64,000 nt of DNA from Ruminococcus sp. (GCA_017461395.1 JAFTYF010000025.1:13713-77712), one strand, 5' to 3'. Shown: positions 21,935 to 31,564, counted from the first letter of the stretch. Program-made: numbers and translations. Notes: generated from the sequence alone by a model not told the origin.

Positions 21935-24565
21935 TTGCTTTATCAGGATAATTCTAAAGTAATAAATACCGAGCTTGTTGATGAAATGGAAAATTCCATG
22001 CTTCATTACGCAATGTCGGTAATCGTATCACGAGCTCTTCCGGATGTAAGAGACGGATTGAAGCCTGTTCACAGAAGAATTCTGTATACGCTTCACGAAA
22101 ATGGACTTACACCCGAAAAGCCCTACAGAAAATGCGCTGATACCGTAGGTGCCGTTCTTGGACGATATCATCCTCACGGCGACGCTTCCGTATACGACGC
22201 ACTTGTACGTCTTGCACAGGACTTTTCACTGAGATATCCCCTTGTTGACGGTCACGGAAACTTCGGCTCTATCGACGGCGACGGCCCTGCGGCTTACCGA
22301 TATACCGAGGCTAAGATGAAAAAACTTACCCTCGATATGCTCACCGATATCAATAAGGATACCGTTGATTTCACATCAAACTATGACGACCGTCTTAAAG
22401 AACCTGTTGTTCTGCCGTCAAGATTCCCGAATCTTCTCGTTAACGGCTCTGTCGGTATCGCCGTAGGTATGGCTACAAATATTCCTCCCCACAATCTCGG
22501 AGAGGTAATCGACGCACTCCGCCTGCTTATCGAGGATCCCGACTGCTCCCTTGAACAGCTTATGGAGCACATTCAGGGACCTGACTTCCCTACCGGCGGA
22601 ATTATCATGGGCAAGGCTGGAATTCGTGCCGCTTATGCTACAGGAAAGGGAAAGATAACTCTCCGCAGCCGTACACATTTTGAGGAAATAAAGGGCAGAA
22701 ACTGCATTATTATCGACGAAATCCCCTATATGCTGAGGAAAGAACGCCTCATCAAGAGCATAAACCAGCTTGCAAGAAGCAAGAAAATTGAGGGACTTTA
22801 CGATCTCCGTGACGAATCCGACAAGGACGGCATGAGAGTTGTTATCGAGCTGAAAAAGGATGCAGTTCCGCAGATAGTACTTAACAAGCTTTTTGCGCTC
22901 ACACAGCTTCAGGATACAGTAGGAATCATCATGCTTGCTCTCGTAAACGGCGAGCCTAAGGTACTTACGCTCAAGAGTATGCTCCAGCATTACCTTGATT
23001 TTCAGGTTGAGGTAATTCAGCGCAGAACACGCTTTGATCTCCGCAAGGCTCTCGAAAGAGCTCATCTTTTACAGGGCTTCGTGCTTGCCGCTGACTACAT
23101 CGACGAGGTAATTGCGATTCTCCGTTCAAGCTCAACGATAGCAGAGGCAAAAGAACGCATGATAGAGCGCTTCAAGGATGTGGATATGTCCGCACTTCTT
23201 GACCGTGCACAGTACGATTTCACCGGACTTCACCTCGAAAAGCAGACCGGACTTTCACAGGAACAGGCAGAAGCTATCGTTCAGATGCGTCTCGGACAGC
23301 TCACAGGTCTTGAAAGACAGAAAATTACTGACGAACTCTACGGAATCCTTACAAAAATCTCTGATTATGAGGATATTCTTGCCGATATCAACCGTGTTTA
23401 CGGCATAATCATGGATGATCTCGACGCTATCCGCAAGAAGTTCAGCGACAAGAGAAGAACTGACATCGAAGCTGTCAGCGGTGAGGTTGATATTGAGGAT
23501 CTCATCCCTGAGGAGGACTGCGTTGTAACTCTCACAAACAACGGATATATCAAGAGAATGCCCGTTACTGAGTACAAGACTCAGAGGAGAGGCGGCAGAG
23601 GTATCACCGGCATGAAGCAGCGTGAAGAAGATTTCGTTGATGAAATGTTCATCTGCGGATCGCATGATAATATCCTTTTCATCTCGAATAAGGGTATCAT
23701 GTACAAGCTGAAATGCTATGAAATTCCGGACGGCTCAAAGGCTTCAAGAGGCTTTAATCTGATAAATCTCATTCCTCTGACAGAGGGCGAGAAGATAGCC
23801 GCAATGATAAAAACGACAGATTTCAGCGATGATAAATTTATCACTATCGTTACAAGAAACGGCAAGATCAAGAGATCAAACCTGTCGCTTTACAAGAATG
23901 TCCGCAAAAATGGTCTTATCGCTATCGGACTTGACGAGGGCGACGAGATTGCCGGCGTAAGAATGACCGACGGAAAACAGCAGATTTTCGTGGCAACTCA
24001 CAACGGTATGGTCATCCGCATCGAGGAGGAAAAGGGACGCTCAATGTCACGTTCTGCTCACGGCGTAAAGGCTATAAGACTGCGTGAGGGCGACTATGTT
24101 GTCGGAATGGCTAAGGTTCGTGAGGGAGCTTCGCTTCTCACGATAACTGAAAACGGCTACGGAAAGAGGACGGAAATTGACAGTTACCGCATCCAGAACA
24201 GAGGCGGCTATGGTCTGACGAACTACAAGGTTGACGATGTTCGAGGATACGTCTGCGGAATCAAGATAGTTGACGAGGAGGACGATATTATCCTCGTTTC
24301 AAGCGACGGAATCATTATCAGAATCCTTGCAAGCGATATCAGAATTATGGGAAGAATCGCAAAGGGTGTTCGTGTAATGAGAGTTACCGACGGCGCAAAG
24401 GTCGTTGCGTTCACAAGAGCTGAGCACGATGATAACGCTGAAACTGAAAAGGTCGAGCAGCTTACTGAGGAGCAGATCCGTGAAGCTGAGGCTGAGGCAG
24501 CTCTTGAGGAGCAGAATGAAGTTATAATCGAAGCAGAACCCGACGATGACGAAGAGATAGAATGA
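21935..24565 (+). CDS. gyrA: DNA gyrase subunit A
   Basis: TTG start; RALPDVRDGLKPVHRR, AAYRYTE catalytic Tyr, GyrA-box QRRGGRG, acidic tail. Confidence 0.97.
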   Translation: MLYQDNSKVINTELVDEMENSMLHYAMSVIVSRALPDVRDGLKPVHRRILYTLHENGLTPEKPYRKCADTVGAVLGRYHPHGDASVYDALVRLAQDFSLRYPLVDGHGNFGSIDGDGPAAYRYTEAKMKKLTLDMLTDINKDTVDFTSNYDDRLKEPVVLPSRFPNLLVNGSVGIAVGMATNIPPHNLGEVIDALRLLIEDPDCSLEQLMEHIQGPDFPTGGIIMGKAGIRAAYATGKGKITLRSRTHFEEIKGRNCIIIDEIPYMLRKERLIKSINQLARSKKIEGLYDLRDESDKDGMRVVIELKKDAVPQIVLNKLFALTQLQDTVGIIMLALVNGEPKVLTLKSMLQHYLDFQVEVIQRRTRFDLRKALERAHLLQGFVLAADYIDEVIAILRSSSTIAEAKERMIERFKDVDMSALLDRAQYDFTGLHLEKQTGLSQEQAEAIVQMRLGQLTGLERQKITDELYGILTKISDYEDILADINRVYGIIMDDLDAIRKKFSDKRRTDIEAVSGEVDIEDLIPEEDCVVTLTNNGYIKRMPVTEYKTQRRGGRGITGMKQREEDFVDEMFICGSHDNILFISNKGIMYKLKCYEIPDGSKASRGFNLINLIPLTEGEKIAAMIKTTDFSDDKFITIVTRNGKIKRSNLSLYKNVRKNGLIAIGLDEGDEIAGVRMTDGKQQIFVATHNGMVIRIEEEKGRSMSRSAHGVKAIRLREGDYVVGMAKVREGASLLTITENGYGKRTEIDSYRIQNRGGYGLTNYKVDDVRGYVCGIKIVDEEDDIILVSSDGIIIRILASDIRIMGRIAKGVRVMRVTDGAKVVAFTRAEHDDNAETEKVEQLTEEQIREAEAEAALEEQNEVIIEAEPDDDEEIE

Positions 24566-25362
24566 AGAAAATTATACAAAAAGTATTGATAGCCGGAGCT
24601 TTATATGCGGCGGCAGAAAATCTTCTGATGCTTAAAACACGGCACGAAAGGCTTGGAAAAGGCATTTGTGCCGTGCAGATATCTGATCTTCACAGGAAAA
24701 AATTCGGCAGGAAAAATGAAATTCTATGCGAAATAGTCCGCCGTGAAAATCCGGATATCATCCTTGTGACAGGCGATCTTGTGACGAGAACCTGCAGTGA
24801 TTTCACAGCGGCGGAGGCTGCTCTGAAAGGACTCTGCGCAATCGCTCCGGTGTTCATGATAGAGGGAAATCACGAACAGAGTTTGGCTTTTGAAAACAAG
24901 AAGAAATATTACGCTATGCTCCGCAGAACTGACGTGATATTGCTAAAAAACAGCTATTCCGATGTTACGCTTGAGGACAGAAAAATCAGGATCTATGGTC
25001 TTTGCGAGCCGTATACTACATACAAGAAAAACAACGGATATTCCGGACTTGACATTGTTACTGAGGATGACCTCAACCGATATCTTGGAAGATGTTCCGG
25101 CAGTGAAGTATGGCTCATGGCGCATAATCCGCTTCATGGGAGGAGCTATGCGCAGTGGGGTGCTGACTATACGTTCAGCGGTCATGTACACGGCGGTGCA
25201 TTGAGAATCTTCGGGCATGGGATACTTTCGCCGGAGAGGAGATTCTTTCCGGAATTTTCAAAAGGAGTTTATACTATCGGTAATATGAAGCTCCTTGTTT
25301 CGGCAGGACTTGGCAAGCTCAGGCTGTTCAATCCGCCGGAAATCGTGACATATTATATATAG
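24562..25362 (+). CDS. Calcineurin-like metallophosphoesterase (YkuE-like)
   Basis: SDLH, GDLV, GNHE, SGHVHGG motifs. Confidence 0.88.
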   Translation: MKKIIQKVLIAGALYAAAENLLMLKTRHERLGKGICAVQISDLHRKKFGRKNEILCEIVRRENPDIILVTGDLVTRTCSDFTAAEAALKGLCAIAPVFMIEGNHEQSLAFENKKKYYAMLRRTDVILLKNSYSDVTLEDRKIRIYGLCEPYTTYKKNNGYSGLDIVTEDDLNRYLGRCSGSEVWLMAHNPLHGRSYAQWGADYTFSGHVHGGALRIFGHGILSPERRFFPEFSKGVYTIGNMKLLVSAGLGKLRLFNPPEIVTYYI

Positions 25363-25381
25363 TAGGGGTGTGCGCCCATTA

Positions 25382-25993
25382 TTATATAAACAACGCAAAC
25401 AATATCAGCATAACTCCTCCTACCCATGAAAAATCATGGTGCAGCGAGGAGATTTTCTTTCCCGTGAGGCTGCCGAGAAGAATGGCTATAAATCCGCAGA
25501 AAACAGCGCAGACGGATGTGCTCAGAGGCGACGTTACGGAAAATCCGCTGCTCAGTCCGATAGCCGCAGAATCAAACGAGCTTGCCAGCGCAAGAGCAGC
25601 AGCTTCGACGGCGGAAAGGCTCTTTGAATTGTCGAAATCCGCCGCAGTTTCATCGAAATACAGCTTCAGAACGATCGGACTTTTCCCCATTTTCATTGAA
25701 ATATCGCCCTTTTCGGAAAGACGTTCACCAAGACTGCGGACAAGGCTTTTGAAAATAGTCACAGCGCCTATAAAGGTAAGTATCCCAACACTGAGAGTGT
25801 GAAAAAAATCGGCGGAAATAAATTCGTGCAGCACGCCGGAAAGTTTCAGTGCAAGAAAAAGTACCGCACCGCTGAGAAGATTTATCACCGCCGCCGACAG
25901 AATCGGGATGCGGATTCCGCTGTTGCAGTAAGCCGCCGCCGCAAGATATGTATCAATGCTGACGATAAAGGCGAGAAAAATGTCTTTTTCCAA
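25382..25993 (-). CDS. YtaF/MntP-family membrane protein
   Basis: Repeated SID/SFD motifs in hydrophobic helices; probable TTG start at 25993 after GGAG SD (ORF track starts at 26122). Confidence 0.75.
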   Translation of the reverse strand: MEKDIFLAFIVSIDTYLAAAAYCNSGIRIPILSAAVINLLSGAVLFLALKLSGVLHEFISADFFHTLSVGILTFIGAVTIFKSLVRSLGERLSEKGDISMKMGKSPIVLKLYFDETAADFDNSKSLSAVEAAALALASSFDSAAIGLSSGFSVTSPLSTSVCAVFCGFIAILLGSLTGKKISSLHHDFSWVGGVMLILFALFI

Positions 25994-26268
25994 GAAATCA
26001 GCTCCCCAAAAATTAGTTGCTCTATATAATATGAAATTGTGACAAATTGTGTACATTCTGACAGATGTGAAAATATTCCTGATGAAATGAATTATTACCG
26101 GATTGTCATTTTTTGATAACAAGCTGAATAATATTTACAAGACGGTAAACACAAAAAATCTGTGCGGAAAATATGCTCCGGAGAATGTTTTCCGGCGAAA
26201 AACAGGCTATAACAAACCGAAAAAGTCGCCGCAGATTATACATATAGTTGTTTATTGTCAGACATATT

Positions 26269-26350
26269 TGTAACCAAAATGTAACTTATTTTGATTTATA
26301 CTTAGAATCAATTAATATTATGTTAATAACGAAGTTACAAATTAGTTATA
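26269..26350. promoter_or_regulatory. WalR-type direct-repeat boxes
   Basis: TGTAAC-N5-TGTAAC at 26269-26285; TATAAC-N5-TGTAAC on the minus strand at 26334-26350; upstream of a cell-wall hydrolase. Confidence 0.55.
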
Positions 26351-26429
26351 AAATATGTGTTGTTTTGCACTAATCTGAAAGAAAAGAAACTCTGTTTTTG
26401 GTCGTAAAATGGAAAAACCACCAAAACCC

Positions 26430-26458
26430 TTGATATTTTCTGCCAGATATGTTATCAT
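26430..26458 (+). promoter_or_regulatory. Putative sigma-A promoter of the hydrolase gene
   Basis: TTGATA-17 bp-TATCAT with TG extension. Confidence 0.5.
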
Positions 26459-26516
26459 TTATGTACCCTGTAAAAGGGTAAAATGCAATTGCTTAATTTA
26501 TTGAAAGGATGAGCTG

Positions 26517-27473
26517 ATGAGAGAAGCTAAGCTTGCAGCTAGTGTCTTCGGCGTAATCACTGCTTGTTTAATAGGCGGCGGGGCTGTTGCTTATAATGCA
26601 GCACCTCAGGTAAGTACAAGAGATAATTTTGAAATTGTAGAACCCGCTTACAACGACGTGACACTCACTGCTGAAACTTCCGATGAGTACAAAACCGCAA
26701 TAACAAAGCCAGCAAAGGAGAAAAAAGCAACAAAAAATTCGGTGTCTGAATCAAATAAAAGCGCAAACACCGTAAATCTTTCCTATATTGTATCTTCAAC
26801 GGATAATACGACAGTTGCTTCAACAGTTGTTTCAACATTCCAGTCTGTAACAGAGACAATTACAAAGGAATCAACAACTAATACAGCAACACAGTCGCCT
26901 TCCACAACAGTGGAAAATACTACAAAAACTGAGGTTCAGACAACATATACAACAGCTGAACCTACAACAGAAGCCGCAACACAGGCTCCTGTTACTACCG
27001 AAGCAACGTCTATTGAGGAAGTAACGGTTACAGTTACAGTTCCTGCAACAGATGCTCCGACAGAAGCACCTACAGAACCGGACACAGAGCCGGCAACAGA
27101 AGATGTTTTTGTTGAAGTTCCTGATACAGGCATCTCAGGACTCCCGATTTCGGAAAGTGATTTCATCCTCCTCTGCAACGTAGTTGCTCACGAGGCAGGA
27201 TCTTACTGGATAGGCCCTTACGAAAAGGCTTATGTGGCAGAGGTTGTTATGAACAGAGTTAACAGTCCCCTCTACCCCAACACAATCTACGGCGTACTTA
27301 CACAGCCGTATCAGTTCTCAGGAAGCGGCGCATATGTCAACCTCGGAACTTACTCAGGCTACGTTACAGAAGCCGTTAAAGAAGCAGTTATGCTTTACTT
27401 CACCGAGCCGGATTCCTTTACTCAGGGATACCTCAGCTTCTACGGTGACGGTTACAGAAACTACTTCCGTTAA
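26517..27473 (+). CDS. Secreted/anchored cell-wall hydrolase (SleB/CwlJ-like Hydrolase_2 domain) with Thr-rich stalk
   Basis: N-terminal hydrophobic segment, long T/S/E/P linker, VAHEA..VAEVVMNRVNSPLYPNTIYGVLTQPYQFS. Confidence 0.82.
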   Translation: MREAKLAASVFGVITACLIGGGAVAYNAAPQVSTRDNFEIVEPAYNDVTLTAETSDEYKTAITKPAKEKKATKNSVSESNKSANTVNLSYIVSSTDNTTVASTVVSTFQSVTETITKESTTNTATQSPSTTVENTTKTEVQTTYTTAEPTTEAATQAPVTTEATSIEEVTVTVTVPATDAPTEAPTEPDTEPATEDVFVEVPDTGISGLPISESDFILLCNVVAHEAGSYWIGPYEKAYVAEVVMNRVNSPLYPNTIYGVLTQPYQFSGSGAYVNLGTYSGYVTEAVKEAVMLYFTEPDSFTQGYLSFYGDGYRNYFR

Positions 27474-27492
27474 AATTAAAAAGAAACACAAC

Positions 27493-27523
27493 AAAGACTC
27501 AGGGCACAACCTGAGTCTTTTTT
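27493..27523 (+). terminator. Intrinsic terminator
   Basis: aaagactcagg-gcacaa-cctgagtcttt plus T tract. Confidence 0.85.
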
Positions 27524-27814
27524 GGCACCGCTGGTTCAATATAAAAATGTCCGGCATAAAATCTGTTCCCACGAGCGAATGGCGAGTTCAGCGACGTACA
27601 TAGGAATGTGCGGAACGCACATGGGAACGTGATTCGGGGGCACCGCTGGTGCCACGGAAACGTGAACAGGGTGCAGCGTCACGCTTTATATATAAATTAC
27701 CGCATTAAATTTTTTTCGTATGCGAAAGCAGACTGCCGCTTTGTACAGAGTGAGTGCGTTTACGCACGGAAACGTGAACAGGGTGCAGCGTCACGCTGCG
27801 GCACCGCTGGTGCC
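27524..27814. repeat. Mosaic intergenic repeat between the hydrolase and gpr
   Basis: Three ggcaccgctggt(gcc) copies (27524, 27639, 27800) and two cacggaaacgtgaacagggtgcagcgtcacgc copies. Confidence 0.8.
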
Positions 27815-28659
27815 TAGAACAATCCTCTTACATCGTCAAGTGTGAGGGAAGGCTGAAGCGCAAGATTGATTCCGAAAGCGATTAGCTGAGAAGCACGTTC
27901 AGTCAGGCGGTCGATATCACGGGGCGTGACCATCATATTCGGAAGCTCTCTGTCGGGGTCGTTTCCTGTGAGACTGCGCACAATAGTATGCATATCAACG
28001 ACAGTCGGCACGCCTATCGCAATGACAGGAATCCCGAAAATCTTCTCGGAAAGCTCCTTTCGTGTGTTGGAAACACCGCTGCCCGGAGAAATTCCCGAAT
28101 CGCATATCTGAATTGTCGTACCAAGACGGCTGATATCGGAACACGCAAGAGCGTCAATGACGATTATAGCTGCCGGACGGATCTGCTGAGCGATAGCGTG
28201 AACTATTTCGGAGGTCTCAATACCGGTCTGACCAAGAACTCCGCCGGCGAATGCGCTTACAGGGCGCAGAGATGTGAGAAAGCGTTCCTCCTCGCTGTCA
28301 AGCTCATCACGGAGATGACGTGTGGCAAGAATTTTTGAAATAACCTGAGGTCCTAAAGCATCCGGCGTTATATCGTTGTTTCCAAGACCGGCAACAAGAA
28401 TTTCGCCGTCAGGAACAAGTCTGCATATCTCGCCGGAAAGCTCGATTATCATCTGTTCATAGTCGTCGGAAAAGCGGCTGAGACTAGTGCCCTCAAGCGT
28501 GATATATGTGCCCTTTCCCTTGCCGATTGTGGAAAGACAGCTGTCGTCGTCGATAGTGATTTCTGTTATGCTGAAGGAGCTTCCTCTCGTTGTGCGGTGA
28601 ACTCCCTCCGGCAGGGAATTTTCCGGAAAACTTTCGACTGCAAGATCGGTACGAATCAT
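27814..28659 (-). CDS. gpr: GPR endopeptidase (spore germination protease)
   Basis: RTDLAVE, GLGNNDITPDALGP, GVLGQTGIET, IDALA, MMVTPRDID; divergent from rpsT. Confidence 0.93.
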   Translation of the reverse strand: MIRTDLAVESFPENSLPEGVHRTTRGSSFSITEITIDDDSCLSTIGKGKGTYITLEGTSLSRFSDDYEQMIIELSGEICRLVPDGEILVAGLGNNDITPDALGPQVISKILATRHLRDELDSEEERFLTSLRPVSAFAGGVLGQTGIETSEIVHAIAQQIRPAAIIVIDALACSDISRLGTTIQICDSGISPGSGVSNTRKELSEKIFGIPVIAIGVPTVVDMHTIVRSLTGNDPDRELPNMMVTPRDIDRLTERASQLIAFGINLALQPSLTLDDVRGLF

Positions 28660-28741
28660 AAAAAACCTCCAGAAATGTGATATTTGTGTATATTGCTATA
28701 AATGTGGAAAATAATTTTTTGAAAATTTCTATTTTTGCCTA

Positions 28742-28895
28742 TTGAAAAGTATGTTGAAAAATGCTATAATATTTAATGTCTCAGTATGATAAGTGTGCGT
28801 TGCACTTATCGGGAGCATATAGAACCCGTGTATGCTCTATTATCTGTAAAATGCGGAAAGATATACATCCGCAGAATTCAAGGAGGTGTAACGAA
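28742..28895 (+). promoter_or_regulatory. rpsT promoter and structured leader of about 120 nt
   Basis: TTGAAA-17 bp-TATAAT (28742-28770), three hairpins, then AGGAGGT SD. Confidence 0.65.
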
Positions 28896-29156
28896 ATGCC
28901 GAACATTAAATCTGCTAAGAAGAGAGTTAAGGTAAATAAGACAAAGGCTGCTGCTAACAAGGCAAGAAAGTCTAATCTCAAGACAATGCTCAAGAAGGCT
29001 GATATCGCTGTTTCAACAGGTGCTGCTGATAAGGCAGAAGCTATCAGAGTTGCTATCAAGAAGGTTGATCAGGCTTGCGCAAAGGGTCTTATGCATAAGA
29101 ATGCAGCTGCAAGAAAGAAGTCTCAGCTCGCTAAGAAGCTCAATGCTGCTGACTAA
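28896..29156 (+). CDS. rpsT: 30S ribosomal protein S20
   Basis: MPNIKSAKKRVK..HKNAAARKKSQL. Confidence 0.97.
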   Translation: MPNIKSAKKRVKVNKTKAAANKARKSNLKTMLKKADIAVSTGAADKAEAIRVAIKKVDQACAKGLMHKNAAARKKSQLAKKLNAAD

Positions 29157-29181
29157 TTGTCTTTTAAGATACAGCAAAATA

Positions 29182-29213
29182 AACTCCCCGATGTTTTTCG
29201 GGGAGCTTTTTTT
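29182..29213 (+). terminator. rpsT terminator
   Basis: ctccccga/tcgggag hairpin followed by T8. Confidence 0.7.
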
Positions 29214-29478
29214 ACACTTAAAAAAATACTGCACAAAACAAATTAATGTTCTTTGTGCAGTATTTTGCTATCCAAAGTAAGCATTGCCGTCAGATACTCG
29301 GCGTAAAGAAAAATTCTCTGTGTCAGAAAGAATTGAAATGCGGCGGAAATCCGGCATTTTCCTTTCATTGATAAATTTTCCTTCTGCCGTCGTATTTTTG
29401 GCAAAGTATAATTGGTGAAGCAATAATAAAAGAAAAATAAATAAATATATAGACATATAAAAAATAAAGGAGATGCTT

Positions 29479-29679
29479 TTATAAAGAGGAATTTATACAG
29501 GTTTCAATTATGAAGTCGAAAACTTCATCCACTGTAGGAATTTCTCCCTCTTTCGGAACGCTTTTTGCAAAGCTGTTCGGATTTTCGTAAGCAGCAGCTA
29601 TGGCCTTGTAAATTTCATCCATAACCTCTTTTTTGCTTACGCCGTAGATTTTAGCTGTTCTTTTGAATGGATCAATCAT
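29479..29679 (-). CDS. Small Spo0A C-terminal-domain-like protein (66 aa)
   Basis: ATG at 29679 with AGGAGG SD; aligns by eye to the C-terminal half of Spo0A encoded at 47548. Confidence 0.65.
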   Translation of the reverse strand: MIDPFKRTAKIYGVSKKEVMDEIYKAIAAAYENPNSFAKSVPKEGEIPTVDEVFDFIIETCINSSL

Positions 29680-29891
29680 TGTAAATGCCTCCTTGTCATA
29701 ATAATTTTTATTTATGGTTTTTGTGATATAATTATTATAAATCAATATTAAAAAAAATGAAACGGGTATATTTTAGGAAGTTTCGCAGAATCGTGTCGAT
29801 GAGTGTCGATGCGTAAAAATAATGTCGAAAAACAGCAGGGAAAATGGCTTTTGAACGGACATTATCTACCCGATATCAGCAAAATTTGTTA

Positions 29892-29920
29892 TTGACATTA
29901 GGCTTCAGATGTTATATAAT
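29892..29920 (+). promoter_or_regulatory. sigma-A promoter
   Basis: TTGACA-17 bp-TATAAT. Confidence 0.8.
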
Positions 29921-29957
29921 ATAATCAGTAATCAAAGAAAATCAGGAGGTAAAAATT

Positions 29958-31562
29958 ATGGTATGCAGCAATTGCGGAAAAGAACTCAATGACGACGCAA
30001 AGTTCTGCACAAACTGCGGAACTAAAGTCGAAAAAGTAAACGATATATATCAGCCGGAAACATCTTTTGATGACGGCGCTGAAAAGAATGTTGATCTTCC
30101 GGAAGAAAAAGCTCCGGCTGTAACAGCAGATGAAATGCCGGCAGATGATCTCAGTGATGCTCCTGCAGAAACAGATACAGACTTTTTAGAAGAAGAAAAA
30201 ACAATTCTCCCCGATGAAGAGCCTGCTGACACAGATATGACATTCCTTGCAGATGAAAATACGGTTCTCCCCGAAGAAGAAGCTCCAAAGGAACAGGTAC
30301 AGGATTTTATTCCGGTACAGCCAGAGCCGCCGGTACAGGATTACGCTCCGGTACAGCCAGAGCCGCCGGTGCAGGATTACGCTCCGGTACAGCCAGAGCC
30401 GCCGGTGCAGGATTACGCTCCGGTACAGCCAGAGCCGCCGGTACAGGATTACGCTCCGGTACAGCCAGAGCCGCCGGTACAGGATTACGCTCCGGTACAG
30501 CCAGAGCCGCCGGTACAGAATTACTCTCAGCAGACGATTTACGGCGGATACGGAAATCCTGATATGGGTGCGGTTCCTCCGGTACCGATGCCGATGCCCG
30601 TTCCTGAGCAGAAAGCTGCTCCTGTAAAGGTGGGTAAGGGAAGAATTTTCGGTGCGTCTGTAGTTGCGTTCTTCGCAATTATATTCCTGCTTGCCGTAAG
30701 TATGCTCACCTGCCTTAAGCTCGGATTATCCGGCAAAATTCTTAGAAATCGTGTGGAAGATATCAACCTCAATACCGTTTTCAATGCTGAGCTTGACGGT
30801 AAGGATGTTTCTGAAAATCTTTATAATTCGCTCGGCTTCGGAACAGTTACTCACGGAAATGCAAGCGCAGGCGACCTTAAGGACTACATAAAGGAATCGG
30901 ATTTCCTTGAATATGCTGGCGAAAATATCGAGAATTACGCTGACTATATCCTTAGCGGCAAGGGAAAGGATCCCTCAATTACTGCCGAGGATATCACATA
31001 TGATTTCTTTGCAGAAAACAATGATGCGGCAGAGGATGTGTTTGGCTATGAGCTCCGCAAGGATGATCTCAAAACTATCCGCAAAAACCTCGAAAAGGAA
31101 GGCGTGGATGAGGCTCTCTCCGTTAATGAATGGGAAAAGAAAATGGGAGTTGATCCCAAAAATATCAGCTATATCGTTTCCTACATTATGATAGGAATCG
31201 TTGCGGCACTCGTTCTGATCCTTCTCATCTGGATAGTGATTATAGTTGACAAGACAGGCCGTCATGTGATGAGCTTATTCGGAAATATCATGTTTATTTC
31301 TGGACTTGTGGTATTTCTCTGCGGCGCTGCTGTTACAGCCGGTTCAATGATCGCATTCTCGCTCACAAGCAATGTTGTATTCTATCTTGCTTCAAATATA
31401 CTTCTTCCTTTCGGAATCCTTGCGCTTATCGTGGGATTTGCAGAGCTTGTCATCGGTCTTATATTCAAGAAGATCGGCAAGGCACTCAAAAACAAGAAGA
31501 AGCTTGCAGACGCACGAAAGCCTGTAAATCAGAATCCCGTGCCTGCTATGATGTATAACTGA
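29958..31562 (+). CDS. Zinc-ribbon membrane protein with acidic/Pro-rich repeat region
   Basis: CSNC..CTNC N-terminus, low-complexity repeats, four TM helices. Confidence 0.75.
   Translation: MVCSNCGKELNDDAKFCTNCGTKVEKVNDIYQPETSFDDGAEKNVDLPEEKAPAVTADEMPADDLSDAPAETDTDFLEEEKTILPDEEPADTDMTFLADENTVLPEEEAPKEQVQDFIPVQPEPPVQDYAPVQPEPPVQDYAPVQPEPPVQDYAPVQPEPPVQDYAPVQPEPPVQDYAPVQPEPPVQNYSQQTIYGGYGNPDMGAVPPVPMPMPVPEQKAAPVKVGKGRIFGASVVAFFAIIFLLAVSMLTCLKLGLSGKILRNRVEDINLNTVFNAELDGKDVSENLYNSLGFGTVTHGNASAGDLKDYIKESDFLEYAGENIENYADYILSGKGKDPSITAEDITYDFFAENNDAAEDVFGYELRKDDLKTIRKNLEKEGVDEALSVNEWEKKMGVDPKNISYIVSYIMIGIVAALVLILLIWIVIIVDKTGRHVMSLFGNIMFISGLVVFLCGAAVTAGSMIAFSLTSNVVFYLASNILLPFGILALIVGFAELVIGLIFKKIGKALKNKKKLADARKPVNQNPVPAMMYN
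30300..30515 (+). repeat. Coding 36-bp tandem repeat x6
   Basis: caggattacgctccggtacagccagagccgccggt(a/g), encoding QDYAPVQPEPPV (first copy QDFIP). Confidence 0.95.
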
Positions 31563-31564
31563 TG

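Noticed and set aside
27524-27814. Recurring palindromes as a mini-CRISPR
   Set aside because: Spacing is irregular, repeat types are mixed, and the same modules are dispersed across the window
29268-29456. 62-aa minus-strand ORF, or an internal 29-aa peptide
   Set aside because: No convincing SD, AT-rich low-complexity start and no recognisable family
30300-30515. 36-bp repeats as a CRISPR array
   Set aside because: Units are directly adjacent with no spacers, in frame within a CDS, and there are no cas genes
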